NCBI GenBank assembly: GCA_963709405.1
Contig: CAVPXM010000021.1
Location: 160,001-224,000, forward strand
DNA length: 64,000 nt
Source of the DNA: an uncultured Nitrososphaerales archaeon
GTDB lineage: Archaea; Thermoproteota; Nitrososphaeria; Nitrososphaerales; Nitrososphaeraceae
Direction: 5' to 3'
Shown here: in pieces, positions 10,426 to 22,692 of the stretch
How positions within the stretch are numbered: position 1 is the stretch's first letter
How the letters are laid out: every line of letters starts with the position of its first letter
Made by a program: the position numbers and the translations under genes
The notes under the pieces: generated by a model
Told to the model about the DNA's origin: nothing
What the model saw: only the letters and a program-made list of their open reading frames with translations
The model's database searches: none

Positions 10426-11882
10426 TTAGCAATTTTCCTGAGCCACTTCAAGTTGTTGTTATATACTTCTCTTACGTCGGTGAGCCCGAGCCTAAGCATT
10501 GCAATTCTTTCTATTCCACCTCCCCATGCCAGTACTGGATTATTTATCCCAAGCGGTTCCGTAACCTGAGGTCTGAATATTCCCATTCCAAAGAGTTCTA
10601 CCCATTTGTCTAAATTGTCGTTGTATATCATGGATTGTAGCGAAGGCTCAGTATAAGGAAAATATGTGGGCCAAAACTTAACTTTTTTGATCCCCAATTT
10701 TCTGTAAAACTCTGTTTGCAAGCCCATCAGATCACTGAGACTTACATTACTGCCAGTTACAACCCCTTCCACCTGACTAAACTCAACAAGGTGTTTATAT
10801 GACATTTTTTCATTTCTGAATACTTTGCCAATTGAGAAAATTCGTCCATCTTCAATTCTGTTGTCTGCGAGGTATCTTATTGTCACTGGAGTAGTGTGAG
10901 TCCGTAGAACCAGCCTTTTAGACTTGGCTAGATCCCAAACATAATTCCACCACTTGTTGTGTGTTTGGGAGATTTTTTGGACTTGCTGGTTTTCGGCTAT
11001 CTCTGACCTATTTTTATTCCTCAAATAAAAGGTATCTTGCATATCCCTTGCAGGATGATCTTGTGGAATAAAGAGGGCATCGAAATTCCAAAATGCCGTC
11101 TGAATTGTCTGCCCTTCAATTTCTGTGAAGCCAAGACTAACGAATATTTCCTTTATCTCGTCAACAAGGTCAGTCAAAGGATGGGTTCGTCCAGGATATA
11201 TGAAATTCACTGGAGAGATCACGTCTATTGGCGCGTCGTTTGCGATTTTGAGCAAGCCACCGGAATATTTGATTCTGTCTAATGCGTGTATACCAGAAGG
11301 TGTTATCTCTACGTGTATTTCTCTATGTATTGCTTCATTAACAAAATTGGGACGTTTCTTAAGCAAGTTTAGGGCATTCACCTCCTCTGATAAGAGATCG
11401 GATAACTGAATTGTTTGGTATTTACCTAGCCGTTCGATGAGCTTTTCCTCCTCTGATGACTCATCGGCTGACTTATTTAAGACGATTATCCGCTCACCAG
11501 AATCTGTGGTCTTTAGTTCAATCCATTTATTTTGTATTTTTGCCTTGTTCACAGCCGCTTCAAGATCTCTGTCGTCTAAAAGACCACTTTTTCTGATAGA
11601 ACTCAGATCTGTGTAACCACCTCTTATAGCATTGACCAATCGCCGTTCGGGCATTGCCTTGTCTACGGCGTTAAGTCCGTTAATCCCTAGTGAAATTATT
11701 GTCTTTGAAGAATCCCGAACGATAATAAAGCCTTTGAATTTTAGCCTCTCTATCCCTCTCCTGAGCTGATCGATATTCAAATTCGTCGTTGAAGCCAATG
11801 TATCAAGACTCAAACGCCGCCCGGTTTTAAGCTCCTCTAAGATAGTTTTTTCTATCGGATGTAGTATATCAGTATCGCTCAT
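10413..11882 (-). CDS. pheS: Phenylalanine--tRNA ligase alpha subunit (archaeal long form)
   Basis: WNFDALFIPQDHPARDMQDTF, LRTHTT, YFPYTEPS, AWGGGIERIAM. Confidence 0.97.
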   Translation of the reverse strand: MSDTDILHPIEKTILEELKTGRRLSLDTLASTTNLNIDQLRRGIERLKFKGFIIVRDSSKTIISLGINGLNAVDKAMPERRLVNAIRGGYTDLSSIRKSGLLDDRDLEAAVNKAKIQNKWIELKTTDSGERIIVLNKSADESSEEEKLIERLGKYQTIQLSDLLSEEVNALNLLKKRPNFVNEAIHREIHVEITPSGIHALDRIKYSGGLLKIANDAPIDVISPVNFIYPGRTHPLTDLVDEIKEIFVSLGFTEIEGQTIQTAFWNFDALFIPQDHPARDMQDTFYLRNKNRSEIAENQQVQKISQTHNKWWNYVWDLAKSKRLVLRTHTTPVTIRYLADNRIEDGRIFSIGKVFRNEKMSYKHLVEFSQVEGVVTGSNVSLSDLMGLQTEFYRKLGIKKVKFWPTYFPYTEPSLQSMIYNDNLDKWVELFGMGIFRPQVTEPLGINNPVLAWGGGIERIAMLRLGLTDVREVYNNNLKWLRKIAKCRL

Positions 11883-11957
11883 TAAACCTTGAACTTGTCA
11901 ATGGAAGAACACTTTTTAAACCTTTAAGCCAAGATGGGCAATTGTATATAGATAAAT

Positions 11958-13138
11958 ATGTCAAGCTCAGACAACTCACAACCAGATGAATTTCGAGAAG
12001 TAGTCCCTGACAGCAACGAAGATAATTTCTCAGTTACACCGTGGGAAGTCGAGGGACATATAAATTATGACAAACTTATCGACAGATTCGGCACAGATCC
12101 TATCAGCGCTAGTATTCTCGATACTTTCAAAAGTATCACTAGCGAAATTCATCCATTGTTAAGTTTAGAATATTTTTATTCCCACCGCGACTTGGATTGG
12201 ATTTTAAACAAATACAAATCTGGCGAAAGTTTTTACCTCTACACAGGAAGAGGACCTTCCGGGATGGTGCATATGGGTCACATTATGCCATGGCTATTCT
12301 CAAAATATCTGCAAGATAAATTTAATTCAAAACTAATATTCCAGCTAACCGACGATGAAAAATTTCTTTTTAACCATGATCTTAGCCGCAAAAGATAAAT
12401 TATTTTACTCGCGAAAATATTTTGGACATAATAGCCACCGGGTTCGATCCAAGAAAGACGAAAATTCTCGTAGATACTACACACATACAGTATTTGTACC
12501 CACTCGCGATAGAAATCGCAAGACATATCACTTTTTCTACAGCAAAATCGGTCTTCGGCTTTTCACATTCTAGTAATATTGGTATGATTGGGTTTCCTCC
12601 TATTCAAGCCTCGACTTGTTTTCTTCCGTCAGTTCTCGAGGGAAAACCGACTCCCGTGCTAATTCCAGCTGCGATAGACCAAGATCCTTACTGGAGAGTA
12701 ACTAGAGATGTTGCTGTCCGAATGGGTTACTATAAACCAGCACAAATCCATAGTAAATTCATACCAGGACTGGGCGTATCGGGGAAGATGTCTTCCTCTA
12801 AACCTGATACAGCACTTTTCACAACGGATAGCCCAGAGGTTGTTGAAAAGAAAATTCTTTCTGCCTTTACTGGAGGTCAAGCGACTGTACAATTGCAACG
12901 AAAGCTTGGTGGGAATGCCAATGGTTGCCCAGTTTTCTGGTACTTGCGTTACTTTTTTGATACAGAACGAGAATCTGATGAGCGATTTTTAAAATGTAAG
13001 ATTGGTAATCTTTTATGCGGCGAATGTAAAGCAGATCTTGCAGACGAGGCTAAGTTATTTATTGCTGATTTCCAAAAGCGGAGGGAAAAAGCTAAGGATA
13101 CTGTGAAAGAATTTATGTACGACGGAGATCCATTTTGA
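11958..13138 (+). CDS. trpS: Tryptophan--tRNA ligase; apparent frameshift near 12388
   Basis: VTPWEV, YTGRGPSGMVHMGH (HIGH-like), DQDPYWR and KMSSS across ORFs 11958..12398 and 12422..13138. Confidence 0.95.
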
Positions 13139-13148
13139 ATCTATACTA

Positions 13149-13439
13149 ATGAAATACAATGATACGATAGAATGTGAAGACAGCTATGAGGCAGAAAAAT
13201 TAGCAGCATTCTTAGCGAAACAGAAAGATGATTCAAGCCTTATAAGAGCAATTAGTGCTAGAAATAATGAAATAGTTATTACACTGACAGATAATTCATC
13301 CCATTGTATCGTACTAAAAGATGGAATTTCCATTTCAAATCTAACAAGGATTATGAGGGATATCTTAGGTGGAAAAGGCGAATTGTGTAGGAGCAGCTTT
13401 GAGGGGGCTTACACACACATCGAATACCTTTTAAAATAA
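13149..13439 (+). CDS. Hypothetical protein
   Basis: 96-aa ORF starting 10 nt after trpS on the same strand. Confidence 0.6.
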   Translation: MKYNDTIECEDSYEAEKLAAFLAKQKDDSSLIRAISARNNEIVITLTDNSSHCIVLKDGISISNLTRIMRDILGGKGELCRSSFEGAYTHIEYLLK

Positions 13440-13564
13440 TTGAAAATCTGAATCCCCTTTATTAATTCTTAACAATGCAATTCTTTTTTTCTGATCCTTG
13501 CTTGCAAATCAATAACTTCAATCATTCTTTTGAAGCCTTTTGAAGATTTAAGTTTCATTTTAAC

Positions 13565-13897
13565 TTAGCGAAGTTGTTTGATTATCTCATTGGCTACAAT
13601 TTGTTGGACATGCCTGAAGTATAAACTAGTAGAATATGGCATGATATCAATGTACTCTTCGATAACCTGCATCAGATATGGAACAGCTCTTTTCGAAATA
13701 TTTATTTCAAATTTCATCCATAATATTCTGTCTTGCCTAAAATGTATCTTTTCCTTCAGATGTGTTGGGGCTATTTCTCTAGACTTCTCCTCAATTCTCC
13801 TGTACCAATACGCTAGGATTTCAGGATCTAATCCGTCTTTGAGATTGGAAAGCGCTAGGTCAAGTCTATTGTTTGCAAGATAGCTCTGATTTCTCAT
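13565..13897 (-). CDS. Hypothetical protein
   Basis: 110-aa ORF with globular composition, co-oriented with coaD. Confidence 0.65.
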   Translation of the reverse strand: MRNQSYLANNRLDLALSNLKDGLDPEILAYWYRRIEEKSREIAPTHLKEKIHFRQDRILWMKFEINISKRAVPYLMQVIEEYIDIMPYSTSLYFRHVQQIVANEIIKQLR

Positions 13898-13967
13898 ATG
13901 CGTTCCTACTTTTTAGATACACAAAAGGATAATAAAATTTAGAACATCAAAAGGATTTGAGCTATCC

Positions 13968-14447
13968 TCACATTTGTTTTAGCAACTTTCCCGAACTATC
14001 AATCTGACCCAGTCTTATTCGCGTGGATGAGATAGGATTACCGTCGTCTGCCTTCACTAATTTAACCCTTATGATTGCAAGCGGTTTTAACCCGTTCGCG
14101 AGTCTAATCTCATTTATTTCTTTACCTTTGGCTGCGGTCTCACTGCTAGCTACTAGTGCCTCCACCTGTCCAAATACTACTGCAGGTCCGAAACTGCTGT
14201 GTAACTTACTGATCGAATAGTCTACTCTGCCGAATCTATTCTTTATTGCTTCCTTAAGAGGAGCAACCCTGGTTTCATATTTATGATGAATCTTGGTTTT
14301 CCCTCGGTTTTTTGCAGCAAATTCATCGCTAGTTACTCCTATGATTACTTTGTCAGATATTTCGAAGGCTTTTGATAACAGGGCGAAGTGACCGGCATGT
14401 ATTATGTCAAAAGTTCCTCCAGTTGCAGCCAGATTAAATTTTGTCAA
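13968..14447 (-). CDS. coaD: Phosphopantetheine adenylyltransferase (archaeal type)
   Basis: GGTFDIIHAGH, VASSET, ISSTRIR.G.ID..G. Confidence 0.9.
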   Translation of the reverse strand: MTKFNLAATGGTFDIIHAGHFALLSKAFEISDKVIIGVTSDEFAAKNRGKTKIHHKYETRVAPLKEAIKNRFGRVDYSISKLHSSFGPAVVFGQVEALVASSETAAKGKEINEIRLANGLKPLAIIRVKLVKADDGNPISSTRIRLGQIDSSGKLLKQM

Positions 14448-14545
14448 TACCTAGAATGCAATTACACTTGGCTGACCACCAGTTATTGAGAGCTACCGGA
14501 ATCTTGATTCAGACTCCACAAGTTCGTAATTACTCAAAAGGATGC

Positions 14546-15211
<666 letters not shown>

Positions 15212-15313
15212 TCACCTAGTTATTTATCAGTTTTTGGAATCTGACTGGTCCACAGAGGCTAGTCCCATCTCGTCATTATTTTAATACAAAGCCATAAAAG
15301 AGTGGCGTAACAA

Positions 15314-16024
15314 GTGTTACCGCCTTTGTCGGGACTTGGTGAAAAGTATTGGAGGGAAGTAATACTAGTGCTGCGTTACGTCATTCCGGTCTACGACAAA
15401 GTCAATTCGGCTATTTCATTAGGTAAAGATACCAAATATCGTCGTTTAGGGCTGGAAGGGCGGATACTGCCCAAAAGCATCGTGTTAGACGCAGGATCTG
15501 GCTATGGGAACATGTCTAGGTTGGCACTAGAGGAAGCGAATGGAGATCTGACCCTGATAATGTATGATCCAATCATGGACATGCTTATAAAAGCAAGGCA
15601 AATGTTTGATAACAAGTTTTCGGCATCGTTATCTTCCGGCATATTTGAGTATATGCCATTCCAAAGCGGTGTTTTTGATGCTATACTCTGTGGATATTCA
15701 TTACGCGATGCAATTCATCTTAAACAATCAATCTCTGAGATGCATCGGATCTTAAGAGATGGAGGTGTACTCGTCATTGTAGACCTGGGAAAACCGGACG
15801 CTTACTTGAAACGACTATTTGTCTCATTTTACTTGAGATATATTCTCGGGATACTAGCTTATGCAGCTGCCGGTAAAGTGGGGCTTAAGTTCAAATCGTT
15901 ATATGGGACGTACATTAAATGGCCTCGTAATTCAGAGCTTAGAATATTATTACAAAGGTTTTCTAGAGTTGAATTTAAGACTAGACTTATGGGGGGCGCG
16001 GTAATAATTGCTGCATACAAATAG
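15314..16024 (+). CDS. UbiE/MenG-like class I SAM-dependent methyltransferase
   Basis: YDKVNSAISLG, VLDAGSGYG, PF..GVFD, EMHRILR.GG. Confidence 0.85.
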   Translation: MLPPLSGLGEKYWREVILVLRYVIPVYDKVNSAISLGKDTKYRRLGLEGRILPKSIVLDAGSGYGNMSRLALEEANGDLTLIMYDPIMDMLIKARQMFDNKFSASLSSGIFEYMPFQSGVFDAILCGYSLRDAIHLKQSISEMHRILRDGGVLVIVDLGKPDAYLKRLFVSFYLRYILGILAYAAAGKVGLKFKSLYGTYIKWPRNSELRILLQRFSRVEFKTRLMGGAVIIAAYK

Positions 16025-16187
16025 TAAACATGGCAGCACCTTTTTGATGGAATCGATCATGACAAACAAGGGGACAATGGCATATGAGTGATTTTGCTTG
16101 CCGACTAATTAGTTAATTGTGTTTATAGTTTCTGATTAAATGAAGTAAAGTTAATTAGAAGCAGTTCTGCTTTTGGAGACATAATCA

Positions 16188-18305
16188 ATGAGCGTCAAAA
16201 TCAACCTTAAAGAAATGTTTGATAATGCAAGCACTCTCAATCAGAAAGTAATAACTGAAGAATCTTCAAAGAATCTTTTGACTGAATATGGGATCAAGGT
16301 ACCTCCTTATGCTCTTGTTACTACAGCCGATGAAGCGGAAAGGAAGGCTTCTGAAATCGGCTTTCCATTGGTTGCAAAAGTAGTTTCTCCAGAGATTTTA
16401 CATAAGACTGATGTGAAGGGGGTTAAGGTTGGGCTGAAGTCAGGTTCAGAAGCAAGGGCGGTCTTCTCTGAAATGTATGATAGATTGTCGAAAAAATATA
16501 AAGTCAAGGGCATCCTCTTAGAAAAAATGGTCCCATCTGGCGTTGAGATAATAATTGGTCTTCAGAACGATCCGCAATTTGGACCAGTTATAATGATGGG
16601 GCTAGGCGGGATTCTTACCGAGGTGTTTCAAGATGTATCCTTTAGAGTTCTTCCTATAACTGGGAATGATGCTGAGGAAATGTTAAAGGATCTAAGAGGT
16701 TCACAGCTATTGAAAGGATTCAGAGGATCAGAAGCCATTAACACTAGTGTCTTAAAGGAAGCGCTTTTGAACATAGGAAAGCTTGGTATTGATTTAGCAC
16801 CTTATTTTGAAAGCGTCGACTTCAATCCAGTAATTTTATATCCTCAGGATTACTACGTGGTCGATGCAAAGATTCTCTTACGGGATAATATTGATACTGA
16901 CATTGTTTCAGTGGCCAAACCTGACTCTCGGTATATGGACCTTTTCTTTAACGCCAAATCTATTGCATTGATAGGAGCCTCGCCAGAGGTCGGCAAAATT
17001 GGTAACTCTGTTCTAGAGAGTCTGGTCAAACATGAGTACAAAGGTAAAGTCTTTCCAATTAACGCTAAGGGCTATCAGGAGATAATGGGAATCAAAGCGT
17101 ACAGAAGTTTGGAAGACATATCAGAACAGGTAGATCTTGTCGTTGTGACGGTTGACCTGCGATTTGTTCCAGATCTGCTCAAAATTTGTGGATCAAAGGA
17201 TATTCACAATATGGTCATTATTTCTGGAGGTGGTAAAGAGTTAGGCGGAGAGCGAGCAGCAATTGAACAACAAATAAAGGAACTATCGAGCAAATTGGGG
17301 ATCAGAATTATTGGACCAAATTGCATAGGAGTATTCAATGGTGATAATCGACTCGATTGTGCATTCCAGGGTCATCAGAGGATGATAAGACCTAGAAAGG
17401 GAGACGTTGCATTTCTGTCCCAAAGCGGAACTGTGGGTATAGCATTTATGGAAACTTCCGATTCATTCGGCATGAGCAAGATGGTATCATATGGAAATCG
17501 ATCAGATGTAGACGAGGCCGACATGATCTGGTATCTTTCAGAAGATCCTGAAACAAAAGTGGTTGGCCTTTACGTAGAAGGATTTGGCGATGGGCGCAAG
17601 TTTTTGAATGCCGCTAAAGATGTAATCAAAGATAGGAAAAAGCCAATCGTTATTTTTAAGAACGGTCGCAGTTCGAGAGGTGCAAAACAAGCGGCATCGC
17701 ATACAGGATCCCTCGGAGGAACATATAAAGTAGTAAAGGGTGCGCTCGACCAAGCAGGAATTATCTCAGTCGATAGTTATGAAGAATTAACAGGATCTTT
17801 GAAAGCGTTGACCTGGCAACCAGTTCCTTTAGGTAATAGGATTGCAATGGTAACGAATGGAGCCGGACCTATCATAGCGGCAATAGATCAATTTGAAAGA
17901 CTTGAGCTGCAACTTGCGGAGATTTCCGAACAAACGAAACAGAAACTAAAAGATCACTATCCGGCGACTTATGTGATTGGTAATCCCTGCGATGTTACAG
18001 GTTCAGCCAATTCTAGCGACTATAGCTTTGCTATTCAATCCTTCTTAGATGACCCGAATGTTGATATCATAATGCCATGGTTTGTGTTCCAGGACGATCC
18101 CTTAGAAGAGAGCATTGTAGATGTACTCGGAGATTTTCAAAAGCTTATGAAAAAACCAATATTAGTAGGGGCTATGGGAGGACCGTTCACCCACAATATT
18201 TCGAGAAAATTGGAGGATAGGAATGTTCCAGTCTATCATTCTGTTACAACTTGGGTCAGCGCCGCAAGCACGCTTGCAAAGTGGTCTAAATTGACAAAGC
18301 AATAA
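16188..18305 (+). CDS. 3-hydroxypropionyl-CoA synthetase (ADP-forming), 3HP/4HB carbon-fixation cycle
   Basis: N-terminal ATP-grasp (HKTDV.GV) followed by CoA-binding and ligase domains (IIGPNC, SQSG, AASHTG phospho-His). Domain order and N-terminus (KVITEESSK) resemble Nitrosopumilus Nmar_1309 as recalled. Confidence 0.85.
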   Translation: MSVKINLKEMFDNASTLNQKVITEESSKNLLTEYGIKVPPYALVTTADEAERKASEIGFPLVAKVVSPEILHKTDVKGVKVGLKSGSEARAVFSEMYDRLSKKYKVKGILLEKMVPSGVEIIIGLQNDPQFGPVIMMGLGGILTEVFQDVSFRVLPITGNDAEEMLKDLRGSQLLKGFRGSEAINTSVLKEALLNIGKLGIDLAPYFESVDFNPVILYPQDYYVVDAKILLRDNIDTDIVSVAKPDSRYMDLFFNAKSIALIGASPEVGKIGNSVLESLVKHEYKGKVFPINAKGYQEIMGIKAYRSLEDISEQVDLVVVTVDLRFVPDLLKICGSKDIHNMVIISGGGKELGGERAAIEQQIKELSSKLGIRIIGPNCIGVFNGDNRLDCAFQGHQRMIRPRKGDVAFLSQSGTVGIAFMETSDSFGMSKMVSYGNRSDVDEADMIWYLSEDPETKVVGLYVEGFGDGRKFLNAAKDVIKDRKKPIVIFKNGRSSRGAKQAASHTGSLGGTYKVVKGALDQAGIISVDSYEELTGSLKALTWQPVPLGNRIAMVTNGAGPIIAAIDQFERLELQLAEISEQTKQKLKDHYPATYVIGNPCDVTGSANSSDYSFAIQSFLDDPNVDIIMPWFVFQDDPLEESIVDVLGDFQKLMKKPILVGAMGGPFTHNISRKLEDRNVPVYHSVTTWVSAASTLAKWSKLTKQ

Positions 18306-18315
18306 CTCTACATAC

Positions 18316-18353
18316 TACCTAACCAAATTTTTAGGTAATTACGCTTTAGGTAA
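18316..18353. promoter_or_regulatory. Candidate repressor operator upstream of erpA (TACCTAA/TTAGGTA half-sites)
   Basis: TACCTAA-N8-TTAGGTA inverted repeat plus a third TTAGGTA 15 bp further on, just upstream of a TATA-like element (about 18381-18396). Confidence 0.35.
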
Positions 18354-18411
18354 AAATTTCAATAGTATTGAAAGCAAAAGTTATTATATTTATTAAGTCT
18401 AAATATAAGAA

Positions 18412-18762
18412 ATGGAGAGCACACAACAAAGCCAAGTCATAACGATAACCGCCAAGGCAGCAGAGAAGGTAGCTGAATTTATGAAACAGGAGGGAAATAA
18501 TAGCTTGTATTTGAGAGTTTATGTTTCTGGTGGTGGCTGCTCAGGTCTTTCATACGGTATGGGATTTGAAGAGAAAGCGGAGGAAGATGATAGCGTGATT
18601 GAGCAGAATGGAGTGAAGGTATTAATTGATGGCTATAGTCAAAGGTATCTAAAGGGGGCAAATGTTGACTACGTAGATAGTCTTATGGGTTCCGGTTTCA
18701 AGATCAATAATCCGAACGTTACGAAGAGCTGTTCATGTGGACATTCGTTCAACACAGAGTGA
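18412..18762 (+). CDS. erpA: A-type Fe-S cluster carrier (ErpA/IscA/HesB family)
   Basis: GGGCSGLSY, F.INNPN, CSCG.SF. Confidence 0.92.
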   Translation: MESTQQSQVITITAKAAEKVAEFMKQEGNNSLYLRVYVSGGGCSGLSYGMGFEEKAEEDDSVIEQNGVKVLIDGYSQRYLKGANVDYVDSLMGSGFKINNPNVTKSCSCGHSFNTE

Positions 18763-18789
18763 CTCTGTACAAATAAATGAATAGTTAGG

Positions 18790-20064
18790 TTATGGCCATA
18801 AACCTCTGATCCTTGTTGCCTCGGCAACTTTCTCTATAGCTAATAGCGTACTAGCTTTTCTCATATTCACTCCGTGTTTTTCGTGAGCTTTATAAACATC
18901 ATCGAAGGCCTTTGAAATATTTTTATCCAGTCTTTCATTTACATCGGATTCTGTCCAATACTCCCTTCTAAGATTCTGCAGCCATTCGAAATAGGAAACT
19001 GTGACGCCACCTCCATTGGCTAAAATATCAGGTATCAACAGAACGTTGTTCTTGAACAATATTTCATCAGCTTCAGGGGTTGTCGGACCATTAGCTGCCT
19101 CAGCTACAATTTTTGCGCTTATTCTCGAAGCATTTTTTTGTGTAATTTGATTTTCAAGGGCAGCGGGTACTAGTATAGTGCATTCCGTCTCAATAATCTC
19201 CTCGCCAGACATAGCCTTGGATTCTGGATATCCGGTCACTGATCCATTCTTTTCCTTATGATTTCTCAAACCTTGCACATCTATACCCTTCTTATTGACA
19301 ACTGCGCCGTTAGAATCCGAAACCGCAATTATTTTAGCTCCCTGATCCTCAAGTAGCTGCCCGGCATATTGTCCAGCGTTCCCAAAGCCCTGTATTGCAA
19401 CTGTCGCAGTTTTCAAGTCTATTGATAATTTCTTGGCAGCTTCTCTTACCGTAAATGTTAATCCCCTGCCTGTCGCTTCGGTTCTACCCAATGATCCGCC
19501 TATAGCTAAAGGTTTACCAGTAATTATTTCAGGTTGACCAAAATTTCCTTTAAGTGCGGAATAAGTGTCCATGATCCAAGCCATTTCTTTCCCGCCAGTA
19601 TATACATCAGGGGCAGGAATATCTGTACGAGGACCTATTATATCTGCGATAGAATATGCGTACCGCCTAGTCATGCGCTCTAACTCTCCTTCCGACATTT
19701 CCTTTGGATTGCATATGATGCCTCCTTTACCGCCTCCGTAGGGGATATCAGCTATCGCGCATTTCCATGTCATCCACATGGATAGTGCCTTGACTTCATC
19801 TATTGTCACTTGAGGATGATATCGTATCCCGCCTTTGAAGGGTCCTCTGGCATCGTTGTGTTGTGATCTAAAGCCAGTAAACACTTCAATTTTTCCACTA
19901 TCTAACTTGACCGGTAGTGATACGATAAGGACACGTTTAGGATTAGCCAAAACATCGCGCATGCCAGTTTCAAGGTTTATTAACTCAGCTGCTTCATCCA
20001 ATTGTTTGAGTGCTGTCTCAAACGGGTTTACTGTCACATCGCTAGTTGATTTTGATTTTGACAT
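18790..20064 (-). CDS. gdhA: Glutamate dehydrogenase
   Basis: GPFKGGIRY, GGGKGG, DIPAPDV, QGFGNAG, EAANGP, VSYFEW. Confidence 0.96.
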   Translation of the reverse strand: MSKSKSTSDVTVNPFETALKQLDEAAELINLETGMRDVLANPKRVLIVSLPVKLDSGKIEVFTGFRSQHNDARGPFKGGIRYHPQVTIDEVKALSMWMTWKCAIADIPYGGGKGGIICNPKEMSEGELERMTRRYAYSIADIIGPRTDIPAPDVYTGGKEMAWIMDTYSALKGNFGQPEIITGKPLAIGGSLGRTEATGRGLTFTVREAAKKLSIDLKTATVAIQGFGNAGQYAGQLLEDQGAKIIAVSDSNGAVVNKKGIDVQGLRNHKEKNGSVTGYPESKAMSGEEIIETECTILVPAALENQITQKNASRISAKIVAEAANGPTTPEADEILFKNNVLLIPDILANGGGVTVSYFEWLQNLRREYWTESDVNERLDKNISKAFDDVYKAHEKHGVNMRKASTLLAIEKVAEATRIRGLWP

Positions 20065-20201
20065 CGTAGTGTTTGAAAAAATCGATATATTTAAGTGTTG
20101 AAAGTAGCTTTTTGTAACTGGGATCAGATATATATATACTTATCCATGATCTAAACTAGTGCCGTTTGAATTGTCTAGGCTCAGATTTTTCTAGCTTATA
20201 G

Positions 20202-20552
20202 TTATCTCTGCATTTTTTCGGATATCATAAGTCTTAGCTGCTCTTCGGTTGTAGTGTCGGAATAAGCAATACCAAGCGAGTCTGCAATTGCTGCCAATTT
20301 TTCCTTCTCGCTAGTAACTGGTCCGCTTGTCTTGGGTGACACAAAACCCATATCATTTGAGTAATCCAGATTTGCATTCTGCATTTCTTTTTTGAACATT
20401 TGATGAGCTTTTTGGTATTCTCCAGCTGCCTTCCCTAGCGTTCTTGATAGTTCGGGAATTTTCTTTGAACCAAATAGCAAAATCAACGCAAGTAAGATTA
20501 TGATTAGCCATTCTGATCCACCAATCTCTAAAAGGAACGAACCATATGACAC
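20202..20552 (-). CDS. tatA: Twin-arginine translocase TatA/E subunit
   Basis: G.SEWLIIILLALILLFGSKKIPEL.R.LG. Confidence 0.88.
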   Translation of the reverse strand: MSYGSFLLEIGGSEWLIIILLALILLFGSKKIPELSRTLGKAAGEYQKAHQMFKKEMQNANLDYSNDMGFVSPKTSGPVTSEKEKLAAIADSLGIAYSDTTTEEQLRLMISEKMQR

Positions 20553-20899
20553 AGGTACAATATTATATCAAGTCGAGGATAATTATAACTTTGCCTGCAG
20601 ATTACGTAAAAAGCAAAGATTTTCTTACTGATAACGAAGATCTGATCAATACTATTAAGAATATACATAATTATAAGGAAGATAGACCTGAAATTTGTTT
20701 TTGAGCAAATTCCTTTTCGCCAACCTAACTCGACAGCCGCTGGTTACTGCGATTCCATAACGAACTCAAAAATATAGAATACATTTAGTTTTACAACGAT
20801 TTTGGACCTGCTAAACAATGTCATCAATATGTTTACACTGGTACATGGAATATCACAAAAATTAAATGCTAGTGCTAGTGGAATATGATTTAAGTTCAA

Positions 20900-21337
20900 A
20901 TGATCTTTAGAACTATTGATCATGAGAAGCTGAATAGATTGCACAATTTCATCTACATGTTAAACAGGGAGTCAGAAAATGGCTCAGTTATTGTGGTTGA
21001 AGGTAAAAGAGATGTAAAAGCCTTAGCCATCGCTGGATTCAATGGGCATGTAAGCGTCTTTAATCACTTTAGGGGTGTCACAGATTTTGTTGACAGCCAT
21101 TCCTTAGACAAGAGGAAGATAATCCTGTTATTTGACATGGATAGAACTGGAAAGCATTTGACAAGAAAACTACTGAACCAGCTGCAGTACCGGGGAGGAC
21201 ACGTGAGTTTGTTGTATAAAAAGAAATTGGCTGGTATCGACAATGGAAAGATAAGACATGTGGAGGATCTTGCATCCTATGCACCATATCTTTCAGGAAT
21301 TACTGGTTCGAGACCTGACCTTTATTTCTATACATGA
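20900..21337 (+). CDS. Small Toprim-domain protein
   Basis: IVVEGKRD and LFDMDRTG Toprim motifs. Confidence 0.85.
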   Translation: MIFRTIDHEKLNRLHNFIYMLNRESENGSVIVVEGKRDVKALAIAGFNGHVSVFNHFRGVTDFVDSHSLDKRKIILLFDMDRTGKHLTRKLLNQLQYRGGHVSLLYKKKLAGIDNGKIRHVEDLASYAPYLSGITGSRPDLYFYT

Positions 21338-21422
21338 TTCTACTGTCAGTCAGCATGGAATATTGTCAAAGCACTTATATTCAAGCGATGACTCCGTAAA
21401 TTTACTTAATAATAATGAGGTT

Positions 21423-22681
21423 ATGAAATTGCCTAGTACCGGTATTGTAAAGTATCATGTTAAATTGAAGTTCGAGGTCGATGGTTTAGTTGAAAAAGCC
21501 GATATAATCGGTGCAATTTTTGGACAAACTGAAGGTTTACTTGGCCCGGAAATGAATCTAAACGAATTACAGAAAGTGTCTAAAGTTGGGAGGATCGAGG
21601 TAAATGTTGATACAAGATCTAACATGGCCAAGGGCGATGCCTTAATTCCGATGAGTACCGATATCTCGACCGCTCCGCACTTATAGCGGCTGCGATTGAG
21701 AGTATCGACAAAGTAGGACCATTTCAGGCCAAGTTTGCACTTGTTGGCATTGATGATATTAGAGCGATAAAGAAAAAGGTTATCGTTGATCGAGCAAAGA
21801 AAATAGTTCAGGATTGGGCTACGAAGACTATCAGCGAAGGGGAAGAGATGCTTAAGGATGTATATGATGCGAGTAAGCCTGGAAAGCTAACCGCGTTTGG
21901 CAAAGCGCAACTTGCCTGCGGGAGTGGGGTTTTTGATTCTGATTGGATTATTCTTGTAGAGGGACGAGCAGACGTGATAAACCTTCTTCGTGCTGGTTTT
22001 GACAATGCTATCGCTATAGAAGGGGCAAAAATAGATGAATCAATAACCAAGCTTACAGATGGAAAAAGAGTGGTCGCATTTTTGGATGGCGATCGGGCTG
22101 GTGACCTAATTCTAAAGGAATTGCAGGGTATGGTAAAAATGGATCGAGTAGTCAGGGCTCCACCGGGAAGAGAGGTCGAGGACTGTACTCCTTTGGAGGT
22201 CGCAGAAATATTACGGGAAGTTGCTCCTGCTAACATTCCCAGCATGGTCTCCACGGAACAACAACCGGATCGTAAACAACTCCACCGAAGAGATAGACAA
22301 GAATATCCAACCACGACCGAGCGCGAACCAATCCAACCGCAAACAGTTCCTGCTGAAAATGACCTCGAACCTCAAGATAATCAGCAAATTGTTTCAATTG
22401 TCAGAGATGTTTACCCTCAAATTAACGAAACCTTGGAAGCCGTAGTATTGGATGGTTCAATGAAAATACTCCTCAAGGTCCCCGTTTCCGATTTGCTAAA
22501 GCGGCTTGACAGCACTGAAGGTGCCAAAATATTGGTTCTAGATGGAATAGTGACGCAAAGATTGGTAGAAGCCGCAAATAAGGCTGGCATCGAATACATT
22601 GTAGGGCATAGAACAACTGAATTTAAGAAACCTCTCGACATAAAAATAAGAACATTTGGAGATATAGGAACAAGCATTTAG
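21423..22681 (+). CDS. dnaG: Archaeal DnaG (exosome-associated, primase-like); apparent frameshift near 21675
   Basis: VDGLVEKADIIGAIFGQTEGLLG, ILVEGRADVINL, FLDGDRAG and LDGIVTQRL across the split ORFs. Confidence 0.93.
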
Positions 22682-22692
22682 TAGCAGGCCAA

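Noticed and set aside
11958-13138. Split trpS (also dnaG, dnaK) as programmed frameshifting or a split enzyme
   Set aside because: No slippery site or stimulatory structure was seen, and similar breaks occur throughout the window, which fits consensus errors
13469-13558. 29-aa basic ORF MKLKSSKGFKRMIEVIDLQARIRKKELHC just downstream of 13565..13897
   Set aside because: Plausible position but no motif; cannot be supported without conservation data
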